This document shows positions 42,295 to 53,360 of a stretch of 64,000 nt of DNA, one piece after another; within the stretch, counting starts at the first letter, position 1, and each line of letters begins with the position of its first letter. The position numbers and the translations under genes are program-made. The DNA lies in NCBI GenBank assembly GCA_965224245.1, contig OZ245046.1, positions 6,112,001 through 6,176,000 of the forward strand, in the 5' to 3' direction. This DNA is from Candidatus Eiseniibacteriota bacterium. GTDB lineage: Bacteria; Eisenbacteria; RBG-16-71-46; CAZAMP01. The notes under the pieces are model-generated. The model searched no databases. It had not been told where the DNA came from and saw only the letters and a program-made list of their open reading frames with translations.

Positions 42295-43886
42295 ACGTCG
42301 AGGGCGAGAAGCCGATCGTGGCTCGTGGTCACGGGGGAGCCGAGGCGCCCGATGCGCCCGCTCTCAGCCGGTACCTGGAGAACCTGCGACGAACGCATCG
42401 ACGATTCGTGTCCGCGGTCTTCCGGTCCGGCTGGCCGCGCTCGGACCGGAGCCGGTCACTGTTCGTGTTCGGCAGCGTGTTCTTGCATCTCCACTCGGTA
42501 CGCGTACATCGCTGGACCTTGCGGTGGCGTACGACGGGAGGGCTGGGCGTTGCAGCCGGGTCCGCATTCGTTCTCACGCTCATCACCGGCGTGCTGCTCA
42601 TGTTCTATTACAAGCCCTACCCCGACGTGGCCTACGAGTCGATGAAGGACATCCACTTCGTCGTCCCCACCGGGCGCTTCATCCGGAACATCCATCGCTG
42701 GGCCGCCAACGTGATGGTGATCTGCGTCTTTCTGCACATGGCCCGAGTATTCTACACTGGCGGATACCGGTCGCCGCGCGAGTTCAACTGGGTCATCGGC
42801 ATGGCGCTTCTCGCGACGACGCTGGGACTCTCCTTCACGGGCTACCTTCTACCCTGGGATCAGCTCGCCTACTGGGCCATCACGATTGGCGCCAACATTG
42901 CCCAGTCCCCTCGTGAGATCACCGACGCCCTCCAGATCACGGACTCCTTCGACATCGGAGGGCTCCAGAGACTCTTGCTCCTCGGTTCGGATGAAGTCGG
43001 AGAGGAGGCGCTGATCCGCTTCTATCTTCTTCACGTGATGGTCCTCCCGCTCGTTCTCGTGTCCCTGCTCGCCGTTCACCTCTGGCGCGTCCGAAAGGAC
43101 GGCGGGATCGTGCGCCCTGTGGACGCCGATCGCCGTCTCCCCGCTCCGGATCCAGAGACATACCCCGTGTTCACCGAGGCGCCGCAGAGGACGTACCAGC
43201 TCGCGGCCGTCGTACGTGGTCGAACGCCGGCGGTCGGCAACGGACCCGAGAACACGCTGCCCTCGATGCCCCACCTCTTCTACGCCGAGGCCGGTGTGTT
43301 CATGCTGACCACGCTGATCTGCCTCGCACTGGCTCTGGTTGCCGACGCTCCGCTCAAGGAGATCGCGAACCCCAACGTGCCCGAGAACCCGGCCAAGGCG
43401 CCGTGGTACTTCCTCGGTCTACAGGAGCTCGTGGCGTTCTCGGCGTTCATGGGAGGGATCGGAATCCCCGGCGTGGTGCTCATCGGTCTCGGCCTGATCC
43501 CCTTCCTGGAGCGCGAGAAGCAGGATACGGGGCTCTGGTTCGCCGGACCGGGCGGTCTGGGTACAGTCCTCCGATCGGCCGCGTTCGGGTTCGGCGCCGT
43601 ACTCGTCGTCGAGACGATGGCGATCCGCCTGGGCTGGATCCGGCAGTGGTGGCCCGATGCCCCACAGCTTCTCATCACCGCACTGAATCCGGGCACGGTC
43701 CTGGCGCTGCTCTACGCATGGTTCTCTCTTCACATCGTTCGCCGTCACGACTCCACGCGTGCGGGCGCCGTCGCGCTCTTCACGTGCTTCCTGTGTGGCT
43801 ACATCGTCCTGACGGTCATCGGCGTTCACTTCCGTGGCCCGAACTGGGAGTTCTTCTGGTCTCCCGGTCAATGGCCAGGACACTGA
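42291..43886 (+). CDS. Cytochrome b of a Rieske/cytb complex (unsplit)
   Basis: Heme His in IRNIHRW, FLHMAR, YLLHVM, AVHLW; TGYLLPWDQ; PEWY-equivalent APWY. Confidence 0.93.
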   Translation: MNVEGEKPIVARGHGGAEAPDAPALSRYLENLRRTHRRFVSAVFRSGWPRSDRSRSLFVFGSVFLHLHSVRVHRWTLRWRTTGGLGVAAGSAFVLTLITGVLLMFYYKPYPDVAYESMKDIHFVVPTGRFIRNIHRWAANVMVICVFLHMARVFYTGGYRSPREFNWVIGMALLATTLGLSFTGYLLPWDQLAYWAITIGANIAQSPREITDALQITDSFDIGGLQRLLLLGSDEVGEEALIRFYLLHVMVLPLVLVSLLAVHLWRVRKDGGIVRPVDADRRLPAPDPETYPVFTEAPQRTYQLAAVVRGRTPAVGNGPENTLPSMPHLFYAEAGVFMLTTLICLALALVADAPLKEIANPNVPENPAKAPWYFLGLQELVAFSAFMGGIGIPGVVLIGLGLIPFLEREKQDTGLWFAGPGGLGTVLRSAAFGFGAVLVVETMAIRLGWIRQWWPDAPQLLITALNPGTVLALLYAWFSLHIVRRHDSTRAGAVALFTCFLCGYIVLTVIGVHFRGPNWEFFWSPGQWPGH

Positions 43887-43899
43887 GGAGCAGTTCCGG

Positions 43900-45576
43900 A
43901 TGAACGTACGCTCCAACAAGCACCTGTTGTTGTGGTCGAGTGTGTCGACGGTCGTGCTTCTGGGAACGGCCGCGTACCGTGAAAACGTGCAGCAGGAATG
44001 GCGCCGTCTGCAGCGGGAGTACGGGGAGCGTGCGGTCCTCGCGGGCGGCGAGCGGTTCGATGTCAAGCTCCGTCAGATCGTCGTGCCGGTGCTCGACGTC
44101 TCGGATCGATGTGTGACGTGCCACCTCGGTATGTCGCCGGGCATCTCGGCCATCGAAGGACATCCGGTGTTCGGTTCACACCCAGACGTCGTTCACGACG
44201 TTTCCGAGTACGGGTGCACCACCTGTCACTCCGGTCAAGGGCGGGCCACGGAGAGCGCGGCCGCGCACGGCACGGTCCCCCACTGGCCGGAGCCGATGTT
44301 GCCCCTCGAGAGCTCCTATGCGGGGTGCGGCGTTTGCCACACCCACCTCGACGTTCCGAGCGTCGATTTGCTCGAGCGCGGTACCGCCCTGATCGAGCGC
44401 CATGATTGCCTCGCGTGCCACAGGCTCGACGGGCGCGGCGGGACGCTCCGCCCCGGTGGCGCCGGCGGCATGGAAGGTCCCGATCTCTCGCGCGTGGGCG
44501 GGACGGGATATGACCCGGGCTGGTACGAGGCGCATCTTCGCGAGATGGGGCGAGGTGGCTCGGCCTGGACTGCATCCTTCGGTCCCTTACCGGATTCGGA
44601 GCGTCGTCAGATCGAGACCATGCTGTCGACCCGCGTGGGTGCGAGCAAGCTCGTCGAGTCCAAGGCACTCTTCCACTCGCTCGGGTGCCGCGGCTGCCAC
44701 ACGGTCGGCGGCATCGGCGGGGATGACGGGCCCGACCTCTCGCACGTCGGCGATCGCGATCCCGCGCAGCTCGACTTCACACAGGTGCCAGGACCTCACA
44801 CCGTCGCAGCGTGGCTGGCCGAGCACTTCCGTGCTCCGGCGCGGGTCGTCCCGGGTTCGCAGATGCCCGAGCTCGGGCTGACCGAGCCGGAGATCGAGGC
44901 GCTCACCTTCTACATGCTGTCCCTGAGGCAGGGTGAGTTTCCGGGAACGTACTGGCCCGACGATCGTCTGAGCAGCGAGCGTTTCGGACGGCGCGAGTTC
45001 GCGAACGACGGCGCGACGCTCTACGGAACCTTCTGTGCCGCCTGTCACGGTGTGGAGGGACAGGGCATGCGATATGCGGGCATGCCCGCCTTTCCCGCCA
45101 TCGCCCACCCCGATTTCCTGGCACTGGCCAGTGACGAGTTCATCGCGGCCACCATCCGCGCGGGCCGACGAGGCCGGCGAATGCCCGCCTGGGGCCAGTC
45201 GAGCGGAGGGCTCCGGGAAGAGGAGATCGACGCCGTGGTCGCGCACATCCGCATCCTCGGCGCTGTCCGCCAGGAAGCGGACGAACGTCCTCGCCGATGG
45301 GTTCGAGGGAAGCCGGACCAGGGCGCCCGGCTGTTCGAGCACCACTGCGCATCGTGCCACGGTACGGACGGCAAGGGGAATGAAGGCCCCTCGCTCGCGG
45401 ACCCCGTGTTCCTGAACCACGCCACCGACTTCTACCTCTTCGAGTCCATACGACGGGGTCGCCGCGGCACCTCGATGCCGGGCTTCGGTACGCCCTCCGT
45501 TTCTCGACCCACGCTTTCGAGCCAGGAGATCGAATCGATCGTCGCATTCATCCGCACGTGGGAGGTTCCGCAATGA
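43900..45576 (+). CDS. Membrane-anchored multiheme cytochrome c (7 CxxCH)
   Basis: CVTCH, CTTCH, CGVCH, CLACH, CRGCH, CAACH, CASCH; N-terminal hydrophobic helix. Confidence 0.92.
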   Translation: MNVRSNKHLLLWSSVSTVVLLGTAAYRENVQQEWRRLQREYGERAVLAGGERFDVKLRQIVVPVLDVSDRCVTCHLGMSPGISAIEGHPVFGSHPDVVHDVSEYGCTTCHSGQGRATESAAAHGTVPHWPEPMLPLESSYAGCGVCHTHLDVPSVDLLERGTALIERHDCLACHRLDGRGGTLRPGGAGGMEGPDLSRVGGTGYDPGWYEAHLREMGRGGSAWTASFGPLPDSERRQIETMLSTRVGASKLVESKALFHSLGCRGCHTVGGIGGDDGPDLSHVGDRDPAQLDFTQVPGPHTVAAWLAEHFRAPARVVPGSQMPELGLTEPEIEALTFYMLSLRQGEFPGTYWPDDRLSSERFGRREFANDGATLYGTFCAACHGVEGQGMRYAGMPAFPAIAHPDFLALASDEFIAATIRAGRRGRRMPAWGQSSGGLREEEIDAVVAHIRILGAVRQEADERPRRWVRGKPDQGARLFEHHCASCHGTDGKGNEGPSLADPVFLNHATDFYLFESIRRGRRGTSMPGFGTPSVSRPTLSSQEIESIVAFIRTWEVPQ

Positions 45577-48500
45577 CGGATCAGCAGACACGCCGGCGGT
45601 TCCTTCAGCTCACGAGTACCGCGGGCTTCGGTGCGTTCATCGCATCGGCAACGCGCGGCTGGGCGCTCGACGCAGTGGACAATCCCCTGGCCCACTATCC
45701 CGGCCGGGACTGGGAGCGAGCCTACCGTGATCTGTGGAAGGTCGATTCTGACTTTCACTTCGTATGCGCGCCGAACGACACTCACAACTGTCTGCTGAAG
45801 GCTCATGTGCGGTCCGGTGTCATCGCGCGGATCGGTCCCAGCATGCGTTACGGCGAGGCCACCGATCTCGACGGAAACCGTGCGTCTCATCGCTGGGATC
45901 CGCGAATCTGCCAGAAGGGCCTCGCCTTGACCCGCCGGTTCTACGGGGATCGGCGCCTTCGCCACTGCATGGTGAGAGCCGGCTTCAAACGGTGGGTCGA
46001 GGCAGGGTTTCCACGAAACGCCGACGGCACGCCCCCACGGGAGTTCTTCAACCGAGCACGCGACGAATGGGACCGAGCGAGTCACGAGGAGGCCGCCGAT
46101 CTCGTGGCACGCACCCTGATCGACATAGCCCGTACCTACAGTGGTGAGACGGGCGCGGACCTCCTTCGCGCGCAGCACTACGACGAGGAAACGATTGTCG
46201 CGGCACGGGGAGCCGGGACGCAGGTCATGAAGTTTCGGGGCGGAATGCCACTTCTCGGCGTGACCCGCGTGTTCGGCATGTACCGCCTGGCCAACTCGAT
46301 GGCACTGCTCGACGCGCACGTGCGCGGTGTCGGTTCCGACGACGCCCTGGGCGGCCGCGGCTTCGACAACTACTCGTGGCACACCGATCTCCCGCCGGGA
46401 CACCCGATGGTCACTGGTCAGCAGACGGTGGAGTTCGATCTGCACGCGGTCGAACAGGCGCGGACGGTTGTCGTCTGGGGGATGAACTGGATCACGACGA
46501 AGATGCCCGACGCGCACTGGCTCACCGAGGCGAGGCTGAAGGGGACGAAGATCGTGGTCATCGCATGCGAGTACTCCGCCACAGCTTCGAAAGCGGACGA
46601 GGCGATCGTCTGTCGTCCCGGCATGACGCCGGCGCTGGCGACGGGGCTCTCGCACGTGATCCTGCGAGATGGTCTCTACGATACCGACTACATCAAGCGC
46701 TGGACCGACCTGCCCATCCTGGTCAGGATGGACACGCTGAAGTACCTTCGTGCGTCGGACGTGTTCGACGGTGAGCTCGCGGAGCTCCAAAACCAGACAC
46801 GCGTGCTTCGAAGGGGAGAGAAGGCCCCTCCGCCGCTTCGGCAAGACGAGCTTCTCATCCCCCAGGCGCTACGTGAAGAGTGGGATGACATGGTGTGGTG
46901 GGATCGCTCCGCCGACCGTCCTTCACGACTCACCCGCGATGATGTCGGACGCCTGTCGAACGTAGGTGATCCGCTTCTGAAGGGCTCGGTCGAGGTCACG
47001 CTCCGGAGCGGCGAGCGGATCCGGTGCCGCCCCGTCTTCGACCTCATCGAGGACTACGTCTCCCACTTCGATCCCGAGACCACGGAAGGACTCACGTGGA
47101 CGCCCGCGGAGTCGGTCGAGCGCCTCGCGCGCGACATCGCCGCCCATCCCGGGGAGACCCTGTTCGCGGTCGGCATGGGTCCCAACCAGTTCTTCAACAA
47201 CGACAACAAGGATCGCGCCGTCTTCCTGCTCGCCGCCCTCACGGGCAACGTCGGACACATCGCGGGAAACGTGGGTTCGTACGCGGGAAACTACCGGGTG
47301 GCACTCTTCAACGGAGTCCCTCAGTACATCAACGAGAACCCCTTCGACCTCGAGCTGGATCCGACCAAGCCCGCGCGTCCACGGATGTACTGGCGTGCCG
47401 AGTCCGCGCACTTCTACAACCACGAGCATCACCCGCTCCGGGTGGGCAACCGTCTCCTCACCGGCCAGACGCACATGCCCACTCCCACCAAGTCGATGTG
47501 GTTTGCCAACGCGAACTCGATCCTCGGCAACGTGAAATGGCACTACAACACGGTGGTCAACGTCCTGCCGAAGATGGAGATGATCTGCGTGCAGGAGTGG
47601 TGGTGGACGGCTTCTTGCGAGTGGGCGGACGTGGTCTTCGCGGCCGACTCCTGGGCCGAGCTGAAGCAACCGGACATGACGGCCTCGGTCACCAATCCGT
47701 TCCTCAACGTGTTTCCGCGCACACCTCTGAAGCGGGTTTTCGACACCAGAGGCGATGCCGAATGCATGGCCCTGGTGGGCGAGAGATTGGCCGAGCATAC
47801 CGGCGACCGGCGTTTCGCCGACGTGTGGAAGTTCGTGCAGGAGGACCGCATGGACGTGTACCTCCAGCGGATCCTCGACCACTCCAGTGCCGTGAAGGGC
47901 TATCGGATCGAGGATCTCGAAGAAAAGGCGAAGCAGGGCGTCCCCGCCCTCATGATGAACCGAACCTATCCCAAGGCGGTCGGTTACGAGCAGGTCACGG
48001 ACTCGCGCCCCTGGTTCACGAGGACGGGACGCCTCGAGTTCTACCGCGACGAGGATGAGTTCATCGAAGCAGGCGAGAACCTGCCCGTGCATCGCGAGCC
48101 GGTCGACTCGACCTTCTATGAGCCGAACGTCATCGTGGCCGGAAGCCACGACGCCATCCGGCCCGCCGGGCCCGATAGCTACGGCATCGACCCGGACGAT
48201 CAGTCCAACGAGGTGCGTCAGGGGAGGAACGTGGTCAAGACGTGGCGCGAGCTCGAGAAGTCGCCCCACCCCCTGGCCAAAGACGGGTACACCTTCGTTT
48301 TCCACACGCCGAAGTACCGACACGGGTCGCACACGATGCCGATCGACACCGACATGATTGCGATCCTGTTCGGCCCGTTCGGTGACATCTACCGACGGGA
48401 CAAACGCATGCCGTTCGTCGGAGAGGGCTACGTGGACATCAATCCGGCCGATGCCCGGGCGCTCGGGGTGGACGACGGCGACTACGTCTGGATCGACTCC

Positions 48501-49031
48501 GACCCCAGCGACCGGCCGTTCCGCGGGTGGCAGAGCAATCAGAAGGACTACGAGTTTTCGCGCCTCATGTGCCGGGCCCGCTACTACCCCGGGACGCCCC
48601 GGGGTGTGACACGCATGTGGTTCAACATGTACGGCGCCACGCCCGGGTCTGTGGAAGGCACGAAGACACGATCCGACGGACTGGCCAAGAACCCGAAGAC
48701 GAACTACCAGGCGATGTTTCGGTCCGGTTCTCACCAGTCGGCCACACGTGGCTGGCTGAAGCCCACCTGGATGACGGACTCGCTCGTACGCAAGGATCTC
48801 TTCGGGCAGTCGATCGGAAAGGGATTCCTGCCCGATGTTCATTGCCCCACGGGAGCGCCCCGGGAGGCGATCGTCAAGATCACCCGAGCCGAACCCGGCG
48901 GGCTCAACGCCGAGGGACTGTGGCGGCCCGCGGCCAAGGGCCTGAGACCATCGTACGAGAGCGATGCGATGCGCCGGTATCTCGTGGGTTCCTTCCTCGA
49001 GAGGGGCGACTCCCATGGAGGTGATGTCTGA
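45573..49031 (+). CDS. nxrA: Periplasmic nitrite oxidoreductase / nitrate reductase alpha subunit (type II DMSO reductase family)
   Basis: Tat motif TRRRFLQ; FS0 motif CAPNDTHNC...RICQKG (Cx3Dx3C as in periplasmic NXRs); putative Mo-ligand Asp in [21 protein letters not shown]. Confidence 0.85.
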   Translation: MTDQQTRRRFLQLTSTAGFGAFIASATRGWALDAVDNPLAHYPGRDWERAYRDLWKVDSDFHFVCAPNDTHNCLLKAHVRSGVIARIGPSMRYGEATDLDGNRASHRWDPRICQKGLALTRRFYGDRRLRHCMVRAGFKRWVEAGFPRNADGTPPREFFNRARDEWDRASHEEAADLVARTLIDIARTYSGETGADLLRAQHYDEETIVAARGAGTQVMKFRGGMPLLGVTRVFGMYRLANSMALLDAHVRGVGSDDALGGRGFDNYSWHTDLPPGHPMVTGQQTVEFDLHAVEQARTVVVWGMNWITTKMPDAHWLTEARLKGTKIVVIACEYSATASKADEAIVCRPGMTPALATGLSHVILRDGLYDTDYIKRWTDLPILVRMDTLKYLRASDVFDGELAELQNQTRVLRRGEKAPPPLRQDELLIPQALREEWDDMVWWDRSADRPSRLTRDDVGRLSNVGDPLLKGSVEVTLRSGERIRCRPVFDLIEDYVSHFDPETTEGLTWTPAESVERLARDIAAHPGETLFAVGMGPNQFFNNDNKDRAVFLLAALTGNVGHIAGNVGSYAGNYRVALFNGVPQYINENPFDLELDPTKPARPRMYWRAESAHFYNHEHHPLRVGNRLLTGQTHMPTPTKSMWFANANSILGNVKWHYNTVVNVLPKMEMICVQEWWWTASCEWADVVFAADSWAELKQPDMTASVTNPFLNVFPRTPLKRVFDTRGDAECMALVGERLAEHTGDRRFADVWKFVQEDRMDVYLQRILDHSSAVKGYRIEDLEEKAKQGVPALMMNRTYPKAVGYEQVTDSRPWFTRTGRLEFYRDEDEFIEAGENLPVHREPVDSTFYEPNVIVAGSHDAIRPAGPDSYGIDPDDQSNEVRQGRNVVKTWRELEKSPHPLAKDGYTFVFHTPKYRHGSHTMPIDTDMIAILFGPFGDIYRRDKRMPFVGEGYVDINPADARALGVDDGDYVWIDSDPSDRPFRGWQSNQKDYEFSRLMCRARYYPGTPRGVTRMWFNMYGATPGSVEGTKTRSDGLAKNPKTNYQAMFRSGSHQSATRGWLKPTWMTDSLVRKDLFGQSIGKGFLPDVHCPTGAPREAIVKITRAEPGGLNAEGLWRPAAKGLRPSYESDAMRRYLVGSFLERGDSHGGDV

Positions 49032-50158
49032 TGGCACGCGTTCGCAACTGGCAGCTCGACCGGGACATGTCCTACTGGTATCCGGAGAGTCGCCCCCGAC
49101 GACAGTTCGCCGCTGTTTTTGATACGAACAAGTGCATTGCATGTCAGACCTGCACGCTCGCCTGCAAGACGACCTGGACGTCGGGCAAGGGGCAGGAATA
49201 CATGCTGTGGAACAACGTCGAATCGAAGCCCTACGGCTTCTATCCCCTGGGGTGGGATCTCAATGTCCTCGAGAAGCTGGGGGGCGGTAACTGGACGGAA
49301 GGACGGTACGACGGGCGCACGATCTTCGAGGCCGCGGAGGCCGGAGAGCGCGTGCTCGGCTGGCGGCCGGACGACCACGACTACGCGTATCCCAACGTGG
49401 GAGAGGACGACTGCGCCGGCACCGTCGAAGGCGGCGCGTTCATGCAGCTTCCTCACACGCGGTGGTTCTTCTACCTCGCCCGCATCTGCAACCACTGCAC
49501 GTTCCCGGCCTGTGCGGCATCCTGTCCGCGGGGATCGATCTACAAGCGATCCGAGGACGGCATCGTTCTCGTCGATCAGCAGCGGTGTCGGGGATACCGT
49601 GAGTGCGTGAAGGCCTGTCCATACAAGAAGGTCTTCTTCAATCCCACCACGAACACCTCCGAGAAGTGTATCGGCTGTTTCCCCAAGATCGAGATGGGTG
49701 AGCAGCCACAGTGCTTCGTTAACTGCATCGGGAAAATCCGGCACGTCGGTTTCGTGTCACGTCCCGAGGACGCGCGGCCGGACAATCCGATCGATTACCT
49801 GGTCCACGTTCGAAAGGTCGCACTTCCTCTCTATCCGCAGTTCGGTCTGGAGCCGAACGTGTACTACGTGCCGCCGGTTCACGTGCCGCGTCCATTCCTT
49901 CGTCAGATGTTCGGACCTGCCGTGGATGGTGCGATCGAGACCTACCGTCAGTCGGCGGACGATCCCGATCTCACCGCGCTGCTCTCTCTCTTCGGATCGA
50001 GCCACAGGATCATGCATCGGTGGAGACGCACCGGAGATCAGGTGCTCGGACTGGATGCCCGGGGCGACGAGATCGTGCGCGTGCCGGTCAAGGAGCCCGT
50101 GCACGTTCGAAAGGCCTTCGACGATGCACAGGGCGTCGTTCGCTCGAACGTCACGTGA
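49031..50158 (+). CDS. nxrB: NXR/Nar beta subunit (four Fe-S clusters)
   Basis: [70 protein letters not shown]. Confidence 0.9.
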   Translation: MARVRNWQLDRDMSYWYPESRPRRQFAAVFDTNKCIACQTCTLACKTTWTSGKGQEYMLWNNVESKPYGFYPLGWDLNVLEKLGGGNWTEGRYDGRTIFEAAEAGERVLGWRPDDHDYAYPNVGEDDCAGTVEGGAFMQLPHTRWFFYLARICNHCTFPACAASCPRGSIYKRSEDGIVLVDQQRCRGYRECVKACPYKKVFFNPTTNTSEKCIGCFPKIEMGEQPQCFVNCIGKIRHVGFVSRPEDARPDNPIDYLVHVRKVALPLYPQFGLEPNVYYVPPVHVPRPFLRQMFGPAVDGAIETYRQSADDPDLTALLSLFGSSHRIMHRWRRTGDQVLGLDARGDEIVRVPVKEPVHVRKAFDDAQGVVRSNVT

Positions 50159-50179
50159 GTGGGCTCACGCAAAGGAGCG

Positions 50180-51091
50180 ATGTTCATGAAATCGGGTGCG
50201 AAGGATGGTGGTACCCGGGCAGTTCCCGCGCACGGCAATCGCGCGGCAGTTTCCCTGACAGTCTCCATCGTCGGGATGTCCGTCATCTCCGGGTGCGAAA
50301 GTGAGCCACCAGCGGCGGTGGAGGTGGACGCCGCCCATGTCGAGACGCTCCCGTCGACGCAGGAGGACGCCGCGTGGCGGGGAGCACCGGTCTATATGGC
50401 GCCGCTCCTTCCGCAGGACATGGTCGAACCCCGTCTGCTCGACACCAGCACCGCCACCGTGCGCGTGCAGGCCCTGACCGACGGCGAGAGGGTGGCCTTT
50501 CGGCTCAACTGGGCGGACGACACACTCGACGATCTGCCTGGCGCCTCGCGCTTCTCGGACGCCTGCGCGGTCCAGCTGCCCGCGTCTCCGGGTCCGGACT
50601 TGCCGGCTCCGCAGATGGGCGAGACCGGCAAACCCGTCGAGATGACCTACTGGACGGCTGCCTGGCAGGCGGAGGTCGACGGAAGACCGCTCGAAACGAC
50701 GACGCTCTACCCGAACGCCAGCGTCGATCACTATCCCTTCGAGGCCCCATCGCTCGAGCCCGGATCGGAGGAGCAGCGGGCCATGGAGCTTCGCTATGCG
50801 CCGGCACGCGCAGTGGATCGCCCTGACCACCCGGCGGATCGACCGGTTCAGGATCTCGTGGCGGAGGGACCGGGCACGATCACCGCCGCTGAACGCACCG
50901 CATCGGACGGTCACGGGCGGCGGATGCCATGGGGATGGGACGTCATCCTCGTCCGACCGCTCTCCCCGGTGCTGAGAGCCGCCGCGCGCTCGCACGTCGC
51001 CTTTGCGGTGTGGGACGGAGGCCGTGAGGAGGTCGGCGCGAGGAAGATGCGCTCCGTCTGGATCCCGATGCGACTGGGAGGGACACCGTGA
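50180..51091 (+). CDS. Heme b gamma subunit (EbdC/NxrC-like), putative lipoprotein
   Basis: ISGC lipobox; VAFRLNWAD, FSDACAVQLP, PQMG, VAFAVWDG..GARK; follows the beta subunit. Confidence 0.8.
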   Translation: MFMKSGAKDGGTRAVPAHGNRAAVSLTVSIVGMSVISGCESEPPAAVEVDAAHVETLPSTQEDAAWRGAPVYMAPLLPQDMVEPRLLDTSTATVRVQALTDGERVAFRLNWADDTLDDLPGASRFSDACAVQLPASPGPDLPAPQMGETGKPVEMTYWTAAWQAEVDGRPLETTTLYPNASVDHYPFEAPSLEPGSEEQRAMELRYAPARAVDRPDHPADRPVQDLVAEGPGTITAAERTASDGHGRRMPWGWDVILVRPLSPVLRAAARSHVAFAVWDGGREEVGARKMRSVWIPMRLGGTP

Positions 51092-51723
51092 GAACCGGAT
51101 CTTCCTCGACACAGCTCGTCCGCTCCGCTGCCGAGTGGCGACTTCTCGGCCTGCTTTTTGAGCGGAAACGCCCGGACACGCTGTCGGAGATCCGGTCACT
51201 TTCGGAGGAGATCGCTGACGCGCTGCTCGGGAAGGCTGCTGACCGCATCGACGACGTGACCTCGGCTCAGTACATCGACGCGCTGGGCCCGGGAGGACTG
51301 GTTCCTGCCCGCGAGGTTGCGTACCGCGGTCGAGAGGATCCGGGCCAGATCATCGCGGACGTATCAGGGTTCTATGATGCCTTCGCCTTCAAGCCGACCG
51401 TCGAGGACCCACCGGATCATGTCGCCGTCGAGTGCGGCTTCGTGGGCTACCTCTTCCTGAAGCAGGCCTACGCCGTCTCGGCTGGGGATCAGGAGAGGAC
51501 GCAGCTCACGTGTGGAGCGCGCGAACGCTTCGTCGACGCCCATCTCCAGCACTTTGCCCGGCCTCTCGCGGAGCGCCTCGTGGCAATCCAGCACCCAGTC
51601 CTCTCCCGGGCTGCTCTCGCGCTGCAGGATCGCGTGGGGCCGGCTCCCGTTCCCGTCTCCCTCGATACGGACATGGAGGCATTGGGGGGTGATCACGCGT
51701 GTGGATCGTGCGGCCCACGGTGA
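51088..51723 (+). CDS. TorD/DmsD/NarJ-family molybdoenzyme chaperone
   Basis: VSGFYDAFAF, PPDHVAVECGFVGYL, FVDAHL. Confidence 0.85.
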   Translation: MRTGSSSTQLVRSAAEWRLLGLLFERKRPDTLSEIRSLSEEIADALLGKAADRIDDVTSAQYIDALGPGGLVPAREVAYRGREDPGQIIADVSGFYDAFAFKPTVEDPPDHVAVECGFVGYLFLKQAYAVSAGDQERTQLTCGARERFVDAHLQHFARPLAERLVAIQHPVLSRAALALQDRVGPAPVPVSLDTDMEALGGDHACGSCGPR

Positions 51724-51824
51724 AGAGAGACGAGTCCCCTGATCGCCCAGGATCTGACGTGTCAATGCAATCGGAGGACGCAAGCGAGTGGACGGCGAAT
51801 CTCACGCCTGACCGGTCGTTACAC

Positions 51825-51849
51825 CTCGGTCGCATTCTCTGACCCTACG
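51825..51849 (-). repeat. Unoccupied rve-IS terminal repeat / intron target motif
   Basis: Minus strand CGTAGGGTCAGAGAATGCGACCGAG matches the spliced target of the 53361 intron at 21/25. Confidence 0.7.
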
Positions 51850-52019
51850 AGGGCCGCAACGCAGTGAACCCACGGGTGGCCTCGACAAACAATGGTTCCG
51901 GAGGCGGAGCTCTAGGGTCCGGCGAAGGCAGCATGGCGTATCGCAGACTGACTGACGCGGCACGTCACGCCGGCGGGGTGGGAGGGACGGCACGGTGACA
52001 ACGACGCGCTGAGCAACTG

Positions 52020-52229
52020 GAGAAGAGATGGATACACGAGACGCTGGGACTCTACGATGATTACCGGGTTCGCTGGTCCGCGTCGGCAGCCACTCCGGCT
52101 CGATGAGTCTCATAACCCTTGGCGCGAAGCATGCAGGAGCGCGTAGTGCGGGAAATCCGCACGCTGCGTGCGGCGTGGCGGGAGCTGGAAACGGAGTCAA
52201 TGGATCACCGCGCCAGCTCTCGACCCTAC
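52020..52229 (+). ncRNA. 3' remnant of a different group II intron (RT C-terminus, DV, DVI)
   Basis: KRWIHETLGLYDDYRVR; DV-like GAGCGCGTAGTGCGGGAAATCCGCACGCTGCGTGC; end ACCGCGCCAGCTCTCGACCCTAC. Confidence 0.75.
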
Positions 52230-52542
52230 CGCGATCGGACGTGAACGACCGGTAATAGCGTCCCTTGAATCGACTGCACAGTGCTCTGACACGTCACGCA
52301 TGGACCGATGCCCACCGACATCGATCCGGGTCGAGAACGTGGTCAGCGGGGTGCGACACCATGGGCTCGCTCCTTCCGGCAAGCGATTCTCGGCGCCCTC
52401 TACTTGCTTTGCTCGATTGCGGCCGCCAGTACTCTCTCATCGTTGTCGTACATGGGAGCCGAAGATGAGATCCTGGTCGGCGACGGCGGCTCCGTGGTGG
52501 GGTCCTCCCACTATGCCGGTTGCTCGGTGTCGCCCGGGGCTA

Positions 52543-53100
52543 CTATCCGATCTCGTCCACACGTACCGGGAATCCCCGATGTGCCTCGCCGCCGACTCCG
52601 AACGCGCGAAAGTCGTACGTGTGAGGAGATCCCGGGAGGGCGAGCGTCACGAACAGGGTCACACCGGCCTCCGGCTCGATCTCGACGTCGATGTTGTCGA
52701 CCACGACGTGACGAACCGCAGGCTGGTCCTCCGATGCGAAGTCGACGTTCAGCTCACCGGTCCACATGCCCTCGTTGGGGTTGTGGAAGTAGATCTCCGC
52801 CTCCACCACGCTCCCGAGGTCATGAAGCTGCATCGCGATCGCCAGGCCGCTGCAGGGGTCTCCCCGGTCGGGGGCGGATTCGGCCGGAGACGCGATCGGC
52901 TCCAGGTACTGAGATCGGGGGTCCCGCATGAGCTTCCAGGAAAGAACGACCGCGCCCACCACGACCGATCGGTCGCTCTCGCCGCCTGGCGAGCGCGCGA
53001 CCGCGGCCGGCGACGACGGGCCTTCGCCGCCGCAGGCGCTCATGAGCGCCACGACCAGCACCACGCCGATCGCGAGTCGGCGGACCTTCGAGCTGCACAA
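52543..53100 (-). CDS. Hypothetical lipoprotein
   Basis: RRLAIGVVLVVALMSAC lipobox; start uncertain. Confidence 0.55.
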   Translation of the reverse strand: MCSSKVRRLAIGVVLVVALMSACGGEGPSSPAAVARSPGGESDRSVVVGAVVLSWKLMRDPRSQYLEPIASPAESAPDRGDPCSGLAIAMQLHDLGSVVEAEIYFHNPNEGMWTGELNVDFASEDQPAVRHVVVDNIDVEIEPEAGVTLFVTLALPGSPHTYDFRAFGVGGEAHRGFPVRVDEIG

Positions 53101-53360
53101 TCCACGGCCTCCTCGAGTTCGTCGGACCGGGACGCCTGGCCCTATGTGCGGTCGGTGTATCGTGGCGCCCCGCTACTACCCGTGCGCAGAAGGGCCGGCG
53201 GAACACATCATGGAGTCGCCGAAAAGATGTCGGTGCGCAGGTGAAGACGTCCGGGACGCGGTAACCGGTTCCAAAACGTCTAGGGCCCGTATTGGGAGAG
53301 AACTCAGGTCATCGCACCGTTGGCGTGTGAGTCGTGGAAAGCCCGTAGGGTCAATGAACT

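Noticed and set aside
45573-49031. Cytoplasmic NarG or proof that the host is a nitrite oxidiser
   Set aside because: Tat signal, Cx3Dx3C motif and absence of NarI argue against NarG; catalytic direction cannot be inferred from sequence
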